From contig JBIJDH010000010.1 in NCBI GenBank assembly GCA_044344255.1, positions 1 through 64,000 on the forward strand: DNA of 64,000 bases. Reading direction: 5' to 3'. This DNA comes from Myxococcota bacterium (lineage in GTDB: Bacteria; Myxococcota_A; UBA796; UBA2385). Below the pieces are notes generated by a model. That model was not told the DNA's origin. It worked only from the letters and a program-made list of their open reading frames with translations, and did not search any database. The translations under genes were made by a program, and so were the position numbers. Positions 39,374 through 49,122 of this stretch are shown here, in pieces (the stretch's first letter is position 1; each line of letters begins with the position of its first letter).

Positions 39374-40341
39374 GCGGACGCCGACTGTGTGCACCGCTAC
39401 GTCTGCTACGAGTCTTGCTCCGGCGGCTTGGACGAAGACCTCGACGGCCTCGTCGACTGCGCCGACGCCGAGTGCTGGGACAGCTTGCCGTGCCTCCAGG
39501 AGAGGGGCATCCGCGCCCAGGCCCAGGGCGGCCGGGTCGTCGCGAGCAGAGCGGCCGTCACGACCCTGTCGTCCAGCCAAACGCGGGCCGCCGCCGAGGG
39601 CACCGCGACCGCGGTGTGGGGGACGGTCCGCTACCTCACCGAGCCCGCCACCCCATGGACCAGCACCTCGATGATCGAGAGCTGCACCTGGACGGTCGAC
39701 ACCGCCCAGTTCAGCGCCTCCGAGCACGGGAGCCCCTTCTGGATGCGCGGGGGCGCCGCGACCGTGACCCGCACGGGCTTCGCCGTGAGCGCCGGCTGCC
39801 CGATCAGCGGCTCCGAGTTCCTCCCGAGCCACCTCGTGCTCAGCGGGGGAGACATCACCACCGCCGAGAACTGGGCGACCCACGATGGACAGACCGGCTA
39901 CAACCCCGGGATCCCCTGGTACGCGGGCGTGGCGACCCGCTCCACGGCCACCCGGGTCTTCACCCTCCGCAGCTCCAGCTACCCGGAGATCCACGAGGAC
40001 ACCTCGGTCGAGCTGGAGCTGTCCGCTCAGGCGAGGTCCCCGTCGGGGAGCTGTGCACCGGCGGCCACCTCGCGGTGCGGACCTCCTTCAACGGCTGGTC
40101 CTACTACAGCCCGGTCGTGTCCAACGACCTCACCCGCTTCGACGGAACCAGCATCTCCGGCACGGTCGAGGTGCTGCCGGTCGGGGCGACGAGCTCTTGG
40201 GGCACCCCCGGGACCACCTGCGCTTGGACGGTCGCCTCCGTCGTGGGCTCGGCCCGCTGGGTGTCTTCCCAGACCGGCTTCCCTCGATACGGCGTGCCCT
40301 ACCGGGACTCGGGCTGGGTGAACCCCACGGTCACCCGCGGT
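39374..40341 (+). pseudogene. Two frame-shifted fragments of a secreted protein family (Cys/Asp repeat plus unknown C-terminal domain)
   Basis: Fragment A (to about 40030): 'DEDLDGLVDCADAEC..GGRVV..VWGTVRYL..SCTWTV..VTRTG'. Fragment B in another frame: 'GGHLAV..ISGTVEVL..TCAWTV..VTRG'. No start or signal peptide. Confidence 0.6.
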
Positions 40342-40841
40342 CCTGCTCGGCTGTACCGTCGAAGACGCCGGCCCGAGCCTGCTCCACATCACCCTCGACA
40401 CCACCCGGGCCGATCACCTCTCCCCTTACGGCTACGCCCAGGCCGAGACGCCCGCCTACGACGCCCTGGCGCGCGACTGTGTCGTCTTCGAGCGGGCGAC
40501 CTCCACCTGCCCGATCAGCTCGACTGGAGCGACCAGCGCCCCGCCCAGGTGGTGGTCACCGACGCCATCGACAGCCCGGCTGGGCCCCCGGCAGCCGCTC
40601 CGACGCGCTCGTGAGCCACATCGACCTCGTGCGCTGCGCGGTGGACACGGGAGACACCCCCCGGGCCCGCGAGCTCGCTGACCGCTACCTCGCCGTCTAC
40701 CCCGACCACGTCCACATCGCCTTCGCTCGCGTTGAGCTCCTCCTCGCCGAGGGCGATGTGCGGGGTGGGCTCGAGCAGCAGATCGGCGGGCCGCTGGTCT
40801 TGCTCCCTCCTGGATCTTCGGAGGATCGAACGCACCCATGA
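40337..40841 (+). pseudogene. Collapsed remnant of a sulfatase-like hydrolase/TPR lipoprotein gene
   Basis: Frame not in ORF track: 'AVLLGC...PSLLHITLDTTRADHLSPYGYAQAETPAYDALARDCVVFERATSTCP'. Then in another frame 'PGSRSDALVSHIDL' joined to TPR-like 'ARELADRYLAVYPDHVHIAFARVELLLAEG'. Confidence 0.75.
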
Positions 40842-40924
40842 GCCTGGGTCGATGGGGGGCTATGGACAGGTCAAGTGTTATCCATAGACTTCTCCTCAAC
40901 CTGTGGAGAGGCCCGCGGGGTCGG

Positions 40925-40970
40925 CGCAGGAGCCGTCCTCGTTGGGGTCCACGACTACGGCACCCCTGCG
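40925..40970 (-). terminator. Imperfect GC-rich hairpin just past the FG-GAP gene stop
   Basis: cgcagg..gccgt..tcgt / acga..acggc..cctgcg; no U tract. Confidence 0.35.
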
Positions 40971-40977
40971 GGAGCGC

Positions 40978-43104
40978 TCAGTAGCCGGAGTAGCCGACGT
41001 AGACGGCGCCCTCGTCGCCAAAGTTGTCCTCACCGGGGTCGCCCATGAGCAGGTCGGCCCGGCCGTCCCCGTCGATGTCACCCAGGCCCACCGCGCCGCC
41101 GGCGGCGTCGCCCGGGCTGCCGAGGAAGGTGGCGTCGGCGTCGGCGAGGGCCTTGCTGCCGCTGCGCCCGCTGATCACGAGCCAGGCGGCGCCCGCCTCC
41201 GCCCCGCCGCCGGAGTCTCCCGGCCCGCCGATGAGGAGGTCGTCCCGGCCGTCTCCATCGACGTCCCCGGCGGCCGAGAGGGCCGTCCCGGCGTTGCCGA
41301 AGACCGTGGTGCCCGTGTAGTTGACGTAGGCGGTGCTCGCGAGGGCCTGCCCGCCGGACGAGAGGTCGACCCCGGAGACCACGTGCACGCGGCCGGCCTG
41401 GGTCACCTGCGTGGGCGCGCCCACGACGAGGTCGGGGACACCGTCGCCGTCGAGGTCACCGGTGGTCAGGGTCGAGCCAGCGCGATCGTTGCTCGCCGCG
41501 CCCGTGAGCGTGCCCGAGGCCCGGGCGACGAGGGTGCCGCTGGTGGGGCTGCTCGTCCCGCCGATGCGGTAGACCGCCCCGGTGTTGGTGTTGACCCCGG
41601 GCGCCCCGATGAAGAGGTCACCTCGGCCGTCGCCGTCGGAGTCGGCGCCCACGATGGCCGAGCCGGCGAGATCGGCGCCCGCGCCCGTCCAGGTGGCTGC
41701 GGCGAGGTCGACGTCGAAGGAGCCGGCGCCGCCGAGGTCATCGCCGAGGAAGAGGTAGACCGCCCCCGCCGACTCCGAAGCGCCCGTCGCGGCCACCGCC
41801 AGCTCATCGACACCATCCCCGTCGAGGTCGGGGATCGCGGCCACCGTCGCGCCGAAGAGGCCGCCCGCCTCTCCGCCCGCGAGCACACGGCCGGCGTCTC
41901 CCACGTCCCGCTCACCGGAGAGCAGGAGCTCGTTCGCCAGGAAGATCCAAACCTTCCCGACAGCGTCCGCGCCCACCAAGGCCGACTCCCCGCCGATCGC
42001 GAGCTCGGGGGCCCCGTCACCGTTGAGGTCGCCCAGAAAGGCGAGCGGCCCCAGGGGCCCGGTGGTGGCCTCCGACAGCAGCCGGAGATCGGCCGAGCCC
42101 GTCGTGGTCGGCCCCACCGACAGGGTGGAGCCCAGGAGCCCCCAGACCATGCCGTCCCCGGCCGCAGACAGGCCGTCGTCGAGGGGCTGCGTGAACACGA
42201 GGTCGGCCATCCCGTCCTCGTCGAGGTCGCCGACGGCGAGGCTGCCGCCCACCATCCCGCCGAGCTCGCCGCCCTGCACGAAGCCGCCGCTGTAGTCCTC
42301 CTCGATGCCGAAGCGGTCGCCCACCCCGTCGCAGTTCGTGTCGTGGCCGTCGATCTGCTCGCGGGCGCCGGGGGCGGCCTCGGCGTCCTCGTCGTCACAG
42401 TCGTCGCCGGTGTAGAGGGCGGAGGCGTAACCATCGCCGTCCTGGTCGTAGTCGTCGTCGCCCCCGCAGTCCGTGTCCTGCCCGTCGTACCAGACGTCGA
42501 GCGCGCCCGGGTGGACGTCCTCGTCGAGGTCATCACAGTCGAGGCCGGTGGCGAGCTCGGCGGCGGCGTCGTACCCATCGCCGTCCTGGTCGTAGTCGCT
42601 GTGCCCGTCGCAGTCCTGGTCGGTGCCGTCGTACCAGTCGTCGGGCGCGCCCGGCCAGACGTCGGGGTCGGTGTCGTCGCAGTCGTTGCCGCCGGAGACG
42701 CTGGCCTGGAAGCCGTCCTGGTCCTGGTCGTCGTCGTCGTCGCCGCGGCAGTCCTGATCGACCCCGTCGTACCAGACCTCCACCGCCGCAGGGTTCACGG
42801 CGGAGTTGGTGTCGTCGCAATCGGCGCCGCCGGCGGCGTTGCCCTCGAAGCCGTCCTGATCCTGGTCGTTGTCGTTCTCGCCGCCGCAGTCCTGGTCGAC
42901 CCCGTCGTACCAGACCTCGGTGGCGCCGGGGTAGACGGCGGCGTCGGCGTCATTACAGTCGGTGGTCTGATCGAAGCCGTCGCCGTCGAGGTCGGCCACG
43001 CCGCCGCCGCCCTCATCACCGCCCTCACCTTTGTCACCGCACGCGGCGCCGAGCAGGAGGAGCGTCAGGACGGGCATCAAACGACGCGGGGTCAAGGGCA
43101 ACAT
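40978..43104 (-). CDS. Lipoprotein with MopE-like repeats and an FG-GAP beta-propeller
   Basis: Lipobox 'LGAAC'; about 5 'DCDD....PGA.E.WYDG.DQDC' repeats; about 6 FG-GAP repeats. Confidence 0.9.
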   Translation of the reverse strand: MLPLTPRRLMPVLTLLLLGAACGDKGEGGDEGGGGVADLDGDGFDQTTDCNDADAAVYPGATEVWYDGVDQDCGGENDNDQDQDGFEGNAAGGADCDDTNSAVNPAAVEVWYDGVDQDCRGDDDDDQDQDGFQASVSGGNDCDDTDPDVWPGAPDDWYDGTDQDCDGHSDYDQDGDGYDAAAELATGLDCDDLDEDVHPGALDVWYDGQDTDCGGDDDYDQDGDGYASALYTGDDCDDEDAEAAPGAREQIDGHDTNCDGVGDRFGIEEDYSGGFVQGGELGGMVGGSLAVGDLDEDGMADLVFTQPLDDGLSAAGDGMVWGLLGSTLSVGPTTTGSADLRLLSEATTGPLGPLAFLGDLNGDGAPELAIGGESALVGADAVGKVWIFLANELLLSGERDVGDAGRVLAGGEAGGLFGATVAAIPDLDGDGVDELAVAATGASESAGAVYLFLGDDLGGAGSFDVDLAAATWTGAGADLAGSAIVGADSDGDGRGDLFIGAPGVNTNTGAVYRIGGTSSPTSGTLVARASGTLTGAASNDRAGSTLTTGDLDGDGVPDLVVGAPTQVTQAGRVHVVSGVDLSSGGQALASTAYVNYTGTTVFGNAGTALSAAGDVDGDGRDDLLIGGPGDSGGGAEAGAAWLVISGRSGSKALADADATFLGSPGDAAGGAVGLGDIDGDGRADLLMGDPGEDNFGDEGAVYVGYSGY

Positions 43105-43151
43105 CGGCTCCCTCCGGGGAGCGCCACCTTAGACCGGATGGAGCAGCCCGA

Positions 43152-45365
43152 TCAAGGTGCGGAGGCGGCCGCGCCGCGCAAGCGGAGGCTGTTGAGCACC
43201 ACGCTCAGGCTGGAGAGGGCCATCGCCGCCCCGGCCATCATCGGGGTCAGCCGGAGGCCGAAGTGGGGGTAGAGCGCGCCCGCCGCGACGGGGATCGCGA
43301 GCAGGTTGTAGCCGAAGGCCCAGCCCAGGTTCTCGCGGATGGTGCGGAGGGTGGCGGTGGAGATGTCGATGGCGTCGAGCACGAGGCGGAGGTCGGGGCG
43401 CACGAGCGTGACCGGCGCCGCCTCGATGGCCACCGCGGTCGCGCCGCCCATCGCGAAGCCGACGTCGGCGGCGGCGAGGGCGGGGGCGTCGTTCACGCCG
43501 TCCCCCACCATCGCCACGCCCCCCTCGCGGCTCAGCTCCTGCACCCGGCGGGCCTTGTCGGCGGGCAGCACCTCGGCCTCGAAGTCGGCGATGCCGAGCG
43601 CGCGGGCCACAGCCGCTCCCACCCGCTGACTGTCCCCCGTGAGCAGCACCGGCCGGATCCCGCGCGCCTTCAAGGCCGCTACCACCCCGTGGGCCTCGGC
43701 GCGGAGGGGGTCGCGCAGCGCGAGCAGGCCCGCATACTCGCCGTCACAGGTAGCGAAGATGACGGTGGCGCCGGCGTCCTCGTGGTCCCGCCCGAGCTCG
43801 TCGGGGATCTGGACCGGCGCGAGGTGGCGGCGGCTGCCGATCTGCCAGCGCGCGCCCTCCACCTGACCCTCGATGCCGTGGCCCGGCCGCGACTCCACCG
43901 CGCTCGCCGAGGGGAGGGTGAGCCCCGCCGCGGCGCGCACGACGGCCTGTCCGAGCGGGTGCTCGCTCCGAGCCTCGATGGCGGCGAGGGCGGCGAGGAA
44001 GCTCTGCTCGTCACGCTTCGTGTCGTCGCGCTTCGCAGGCTCCACCGCCACCACCTGGAGTCGGCCCTCCGACAGGGTGCCCGTCTTGTCGAAGACGACC
44101 GTGCGCGTGTCCCGGACGCGCTCCAAGGCCGCGCTGTCTCGGAACAGGATGCCCCGCTGGGCCGCCGCCCCCGTGCCCACGAGGATCGCGGTGGGCGTGG
44201 CGAGGCCGAGGGCGCAGGGGCAGGCGATGACGAGCACGGTCACCGCGGCGAGGGCGGCGTCGGCGAAGCCCGGCCCGAAGGCCATCCAGAGGCCGAAGGT
44301 GACCAGGGAGAGGACCATCACGACCGGCGTGAAGACGGCGGAGATGCGGTCGACCAGCCGCTGGACCGGGGGTTTGACCGCCTGCGCCTCCTCGACCGTG
44401 CGCAGGATGTGGTGCAGCGCGGTGTCGGCGCCCACGGCGGTCAGGCGCACCTGGAGCGAGCCCTGGCCGTTGACCGTGCCGGCGAAGACGCTGTCACCGG
44501 GCCCCTTCTCGACCGGCACCGACTCCCCGGTGAGCATGGCCTCATCGAGCGCGCCCCGCCCCTCCTCCACCCGGCCGTCCGCCGCCACCTTGTCGCCGGG
44601 GCGGAGGATGAGCAGGTCACCGGGGAGGAGGCTCCGGGCCGGCACCTCCACCACCGCGCCCCCGCGCCGCACATGGGCGGTGGGCGGGGCCAGGGCGAGC
44701 AGGGCCTGGATCGCCTCGCCGGCCTTCCCCTTGGCGCCGGCCTCGAGGGCGCGGCCGAGCAGCACGAGGGTGACCACCGAGGCCGCCGACTCGAAGTAGA
44801 GCGCGTGGGTAGGCGACAAGCTCGGCCAGACCAGCGCCGCCGCGCTCAGCAGCCAGGCGGCCCCGGCGCCGAGCGAGACGAGCGTGTTCATGTTGGCGCT
44901 GCCCTGCCCCACCGCCTTCCAGCCGTCGAGGAAGAAGCGGCGACCGGGCCAGACGAGCACGACCAGAGACAGCAGGGCCGAGGCCCAGGCCCCCGGCACC
45001 CAATGCATGAAGGCCATCCCGAAGATCACCACCGGGACGGTGAGGACGCCGGCGAGGAGCAGATCGCGGAGGAGGGACCGCCGCTCGGCGCGGTCGAGAT
45101 CGGCGCGGGCCCGGGCGCGGTCGGCGGGCTCTTCGGTGTCGGCGAGCGCGGCAGGCACGCTGAAGCCGGCCCGCTCGACGGCGGCGACGAGCGCGTCGCG
45201 GCCCACGCTGCCGGGCCGGAGGTCGAGGGCGGCCCGCCCGGTGGCGTAGTTGACCGAGGCCTGCTCGACCCCGTCTACCTTCCCGAGCACCTTCTCGAGG
45301 CGCACCGCGCAGGACCCGCAGGTCATGCCGTGGATGGGGAGCTCGACACGCGCGGGGTGGGACAT
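43152..45365 (-). CDS. copA: Cu(I)-translocating P1B-type ATPase
   Basis: HMA 'GMTCGSC', TGES, CPC motif 'IACPCALGLATP', DKTGT, SEHPL, GDGVND, 'GYN' and 'MALSS' Cu+ signatures; start ATG 45365. Confidence 0.93.
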   Translation of the reverse strand: MSHPARVELPIHGMTCGSCAVRLEKVLGKVDGVEQASVNYATGRAALDLRPGSVGRDALVAAVERAGFSVPAALADTEEPADRARARADLDRAERRSLLRDLLLAGVLTVPVVIFGMAFMHWVPGAWASALLSLVVLVWPGRRFFLDGWKAVGQGSANMNTLVSLGAGAAWLLSAAALVWPSLSPTHALYFESAASVVTLVLLGRALEAGAKGKAGEAIQALLALAPPTAHVRRGGAVVEVPARSLLPGDLLILRPGDKVAADGRVEEGRGALDEAMLTGESVPVEKGPGDSVFAGTVNGQGSLQVRLTAVGADTALHHILRTVEEAQAVKPPVQRLVDRISAVFTPVVMVLSLVTFGLWMAFGPGFADAALAAVTVLVIACPCALGLATPTAILVGTGAAAQRGILFRDSAALERVRDTRTVVFDKTGTLSEGRLQVVAVEPAKRDDTKRDEQSFLAALAAIEARSEHPLGQAVVRAAAGLTLPSASAVESRPGHGIEGQVEGARWQIGSRRHLAPVQIPDELGRDHEDAGATVIFATCDGEYAGLLALRDPLRAEAHGVVAALKARGIRPVLLTGDSQRVGAAVARALGIADFEAEVLPADKARRVQELSREGGVAMVGDGVNDAPALAAADVGFAMGGATAVAIEAAPVTLVRPDLRLVLDAIDISTATLRTIRENLGWAFGYNLLAIPVAAGALYPHFGLRLTPMMAGAAMALSSLSVVLNSLRLRGAAASAP

Positions 45366-45507
45366 CTGGACCTCGGCGGCCAATCTGCACACCAAGGCCG
45401 CCCTCGGGTAGCGAGGCCGCCGAAGCGACGATCGGCGCCGGCCGGCGAGGTAGACTGTCCGCCCGGCCGCCCGCCGACCCCTCCCCCTCCTCTCCGGACG
45501 GAGCGCC

Positions 45508-47316
45508 GTGCAACCCCGTCGACCACGCTCCTCCGGCCCTGCGATCTGCCGCAGCGCGCTCCTCGCCGGCCTGCTCGCGGGGGGCGGGGCCGCGGCCGCA
45601 CCCGCCCCCCGCGGCGCGGAGCCGGGCGACACGCTCGACCCCCAGGACGAGCGGGGCCGCGCCCTCCTCGCGACCGTCCGCCCGAAGAGGCTCGCCAGCA
45701 CCGCGGTGCTCGTCCACGAAGATGGCGATCAGCTCTACATCGTAGACGACACCAACACCCTGTGGACGGGGATGGCGGGTGACATGGAGCGCCGCTTCAC
45801 CCTCCCCGAGCGCCCCACCGGCCTCCGCCTCGGGGCGCACCTCCTCGCCTGGAGCGTGCAGCAGCGCGGCCTCGTCGCCGAGACCCGCGTGTACAGCCTC
45901 GACCTCGGCAAGGGCACCACCCTGGGCCATCACGAGGAGGCGGCGCTCCTGCTCGACAGCGTCAGCGTCCCCGGCCTCGACGCCCTCTTGTTCCCGGGCG
46001 CCCTCATCCCCCTCGACAGCCGCGCCCCCCTGCCCCTGCCGCCGGCCTCCACGGGCCGCCTCCGGGCCGATGCGGGCCGCCTGGTCGTGACCCTCGACGG
46101 CCGCGACCTCCCCCTCGATCTGGCCACCCTCCGACCCCTGGAGGCGCTGCCGGCCCCTCGGGACGGCGTCGAAGCGCTGATCGACCTCGAGCGCCAGGTC
46201 GCCCGCGCGGCCGCCGCCCTCCAGGGGGACGCGGTCCGCCTCCAGAGCCTCGGCGTCCGCGGCGAGGCGGCGGTGGAGGCCCTCCGCCCCCGCGAGGCCG
46301 AGAAGGTGCGCCCCTTCCGCACCCGCGACGAGTCCAAGGTCAGCGTGCCGCCCGCGCTCCTCGGCCCCGGCGTCACTGTCGTCCTCCACGCGCCCTCCCC
46401 CGCGCTCGACCTCGGCCCCTGGATGGTCGAGGCCGAGGCGCCGGCCTGCCATGCCCGCCTCGTCCTCGCCCCCACCGACGTCGTGGAGGCGGCGTGGTGG
46501 TCGGCGGAGGTCGACCGCCTGCTCGCGCTGCACCCCGGCGGCTGCGGCCTCGACACCCTCGTCGCCGCCCCCGGTGACATCGGCGCCCACGGCGCAGATG
46601 GGCCGCCGAGCGGGCTCTGGTTCGTCGATGCCCAGGGCCGCCTTCTGGGCAGCCACGAGGGCACGGTCACCGCGCCGATGGCCCGCTTCGACCTCGCCCG
46701 CGCCCGCCCCGACCGCGACCCCCTCCGCACCCTCGCCGAGCTGCCCGAGCTGCGGCCGGAGTGGGTCGCCGGCCCGGGCGCGGCCGAGCAGATCGCCCTC
46801 GACGTCGATGGCACCTGGGTGGCCGGCGTCGGCTGGGACCTCCTCCGCGGCACGCCCGACAAGCTGCGGCTCGACCGCGTCCCCCTCTCGGGCCCCGTGC
46901 GGGGGGTCGCCGTGCTGCCGGACGGCCGCTTCCGCGCCGAGAGCGCCGGTCAGCCGGTGATCGTCGACGTCGAGCGGCGACGCCAGGCCTGGGGCCAGGG
47001 CGGCGATGTGGCCACCCGCCGCGCCGCGGACGGCGCCCTCGATCCGCGACCGTGGACGGTGGAGGGCGGGGTCGCCAGCCGACCGCACCCCACGAAGAAG
47101 GGGCAGCGGGTCAAGGTCACCCTCCCCGTGCCCATCACCCGCGGGCAGGCCCGCGGCGACGGCCTCATCTGCGAGACCCGCCTCGGCCTCATCGGCCTCA
47201 ACGGGGAGGGAGTGGCCACCTGGCGCGTCACAGAGCTCTCCGACTGGGTCCTGACGGGCGGCTTCCTCCTCGCCGCCACCCCCACGGGCCTGCGCGCGTA
47301 CCTCCTGCCCGGCTGA
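45508..47316 (+). CDS. Secreted hypothetical protein (beta-rich)
   Basis: GGAG SD before GTG; signal-peptide-like N terminus; GC3-rich frame. Confidence 0.65.
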   Translation: MQPRRPRSSGPAICRSALLAGLLAGGGAAAAPAPRGAEPGDTLDPQDERGRALLATVRPKRLASTAVLVHEDGDQLYIVDDTNTLWTGMAGDMERRFTLPERPTGLRLGAHLLAWSVQQRGLVAETRVYSLDLGKGTTLGHHEEAALLLDSVSVPGLDALLFPGALIPLDSRAPLPLPPASTGRLRADAGRLVVTLDGRDLPLDLATLRPLEALPAPRDGVEALIDLERQVARAAAALQGDAVRLQSLGVRGEAAVEALRPREAEKVRPFRTRDESKVSVPPALLGPGVTVVLHAPSPALDLGPWMVEAEAPACHARLVLAPTDVVEAAWWSAEVDRLLALHPGGCGLDTLVAAPGDIGAHGADGPPSGLWFVDAQGRLLGSHEGTVTAPMARFDLARARPDRDPLRTLAELPELRPEWVAGPGAAEQIALDVDGTWVAGVGWDLLRGTPDKLRLDRVPLSGPVRGVAVLPDGRFRAESAGQPVIVDVERRRQAWGQGGDVATRRAADGALDPRPWTVEGGVASRPHPTKKGQRVKVTLPVPITRGQARGDGLICETRLGLIGLNGEGVATWRVTELSDWVLTGGFLLAATPTGLRAYLLPG

Positions 47317-47456
47317 GGCACCGGCCAACGGGCGGACGGCAACCCGGGGGGAGGGCGTGGAAGGGAGCCGCGTCTCGACACGGCGGTGATGTAAGCGCGT
47401 TGACAGTCCCCACCGCCATCGGAAGCGGTTAGCATAGGGGAGATGAGCAAGTCAAA

Positions 47457-47495
47457 GGCAGAGTTCACCAGAGGCAGAGTTCACCAGAGGCAGAG
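47457..47495 (+). repeat. 16-bp direct tandem repeat x2 plus a partial unit
   Basis: ggcagagttcaccaga ggcagagttcaccaga ggcagag. Confidence 0.85.
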
Positions 47496-47687
47496 CGGCC
47501 TCCACCGGCCGGCCGGCGCGCTCGCGCGCAGACGGTGGGTTCGAAGACAATCCAGACACTGTCCAGACGGCTCGGGCCCCCCGGTAGGGGCAGCCGCAAA
47601 GGGTCCGCTCGGCTCGGCGGGGGAGAAGAACGCGGCGACCCCCCAGCCGAGCGACCCCCAGCCTGGGATGGAGACAGGCGACCCTGC

Positions 47688-47719
47688 CTGCGCCCCGCCG
47701 CCCGATCGGCGGGGCGCAG
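47688..47719. terminator. Perfect 13-bp stem hairpin between convergent genes
   Basis: ctgcgccccgccg-cccgat-cggcggggcgcag, about 20 bp past the stop of 47739..49073; no U tract. Confidence 0.55.
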
Positions 47720-47738
47720 CAGCCGCGCCCCCAGCCGC

Positions 47739-49073
47739 TCAGTCTCCGCAGACGTGCTCGGTGACCTGCAGGGCGTCGATGAGGTGGCTGTTGGTGAGCC
47801 CCCCCGTGCCCGCGGTGAAGCCCACGTGGGCGGGGAAGGAGAAGGCCCCGCCGAGGTCCTGGTCGAGGTAGGCCACCTCGTCGATGCGGACGGTCACGCG
47901 CGGCGCGGCCACGACCACCGACATCGTGTGCCAGCCGGTGTCCTCGAGCTCAGGGAGCGCGGCCCAGGCGGCGGGGTCATCGACGTCACCGTCAAAGGTG
48001 AACATGACGTGATCCTCGGCGGTGGGGTCCTGACCCTCGTTGTAGTAGGTGTCGACCTCGATCGACCAGCCGGGCAGCGCAGGGCCGGCGGTGCAGGAGG
48101 CGTCCCCGCCGTAGCCGATGCCGCAGCCGGTGCCGCCGAGGTAGGTCGTCATCCGGTCTGTGTCGATGGCGGTGAGCGAGAGCCCGTCGGCACCCGTCCC
48201 GCCGCCGATGTAGAAGAGAAACTCGATGGTGACGTTGTCCCCGCTGACGGTGTCGGCGGTCTCGAAGGCGGTCCCCACCACGTTCTCCGCAGGGCTCGTG
48301 AGCTCGAGCCAGTCCTGGGTGGCGTCCCAGGTCGCCACGCCCTCGAAGTGCCAGGCGGAGAGGTCAAAGCTGTCGACCTCGTAGCCCTCGTCCTGACAGA
48401 CGGTGGCGCTGGCGCTCGCGACCCCGCCGCAGGAGTCGGTCACGGTCGCGGTGACGACGTGGCCGCCCACGCTCCGGCCGGCGGGCCAGAGGGCGGTGGC
48501 CACCCCGGCGCTGTCCGGGCTGGAGGTGGTGATGAGCCCGTCCACGTCCGAGCTCCAGGAGAGCGAGAGGCTGGTGGGGGCGTCCTCGGCGTCAGAGACG
48601 GTGGCGCGGAGCTCGAGGTCTCCCGGCGCGAGGATGGAGCCGTCGAGCGGGGCCTCGAGGGTGAGGGTGGGCGGCGTATCCGCGGTGGCGGACAGCGGCA
48701 CAGAGAGGATGGCGCTGTCCGGGTCGTCACTCTCGACGTTCACCCGCCCCTCGCCGGCGCCCGTGACGGGGAAGGCGGCGGCGGCCCCGGGAGAGAGGGT
48801 GAAGGGGGTGGCGGGGGCCTCGGCGGCCCAGGCGCCCTCCACCGTGACGCCCGTGACGGTGAGGTCAGCCTCCCCGTCATTGCGGATCTGCACCTCGGCG
48901 GTGGTCTCCCCGCAGGCGCCGATCACCTCGACCTGATCGGGGCTGACGACGATGTCGGGGACACCCGGCTCGGCCGCGGGGCCGGGCTCGTCCTTGCCCG
49001 CGAGGTTGTAGTCGGAGCACCCCACGAAGGCCCCGGCGAACACGAACAGGCGACACAGTCGGGGCGGGATCAT
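47739..49073 (-). CDS. Lipoprotein with Ig-like (choice-of-anchor D/Big) domains and a C-terminal L-type (legume-like) lectin domain
   Basis: GGAGG SD; lipobox 'FVGC'; 'IRNDGEADLTVT', 'ESDDPD', 'ATVSDAED..SLSWSSDVDG', 'GADGLSL', 'IEVDTYYN', 'DTGWHTM', 'VGFTAGTGG..N.H'. Confidence 0.85.
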   Translation of the reverse strand: MIPPRLCRLFVFAGAFVGCSDYNLAGKDEPGPAAEPGVPDIVVSPDQVEVIGACGETTAEVQIRNDGEADLTVTGVTVEGAWAAEAPATPFTLSPGAAAAFPVTGAGEGRVNVESDDPDSAILSVPLSATADTPPTLTLEAPLDGSILAPGDLELRATVSDAEDAPTSLSLSWSSDVDGLITTSSPDSAGVATALWPAGRSVGGHVVTATVTDSCGGVASASATVCQDEGYEVDSFDLSAWHFEGVATWDATQDWLELTSPAENVVGTAFETADTVSGDNVTIEFLFYIGGGTGADGLSLTAIDTDRMTTYLGGTGCGIGYGGDASCTAGPALPGWSIEVDTYYNEGQDPTAEDHVMFTFDGDVDDPAAWAALPELEDTGWHTMSVVVAAPRVTVRIDEVAYLDQDLGGAFSFPAHVGFTAGTGGLTNSHLIDALQVTEHVCGD

Positions 49074-49122
49074 CGGCGACCTCCTCGCCCCCCAGCCTAC
49101 CACCTCCGATCACCGCCCTCGC

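Noticed and set aside
39080..39994. N-terminal 300 aa of ORF 38159-39994
   Set aside because: Antisense read-through of the plus-strand fragment and the promoter region; the real gene probably starts near 39079
45366..45507. CueR/CsoR operator upstream of copA
   Set aside because: No convincing palindrome, and no copZ or regulator gene adjacent
47443..47871. 142-aa ORF with an SD-like GGGGAG in the long intergenic region
   Set aside because: No motifs, atypical codon usage, runs through repeats and a hairpin, and overlaps the convergent lectin gene
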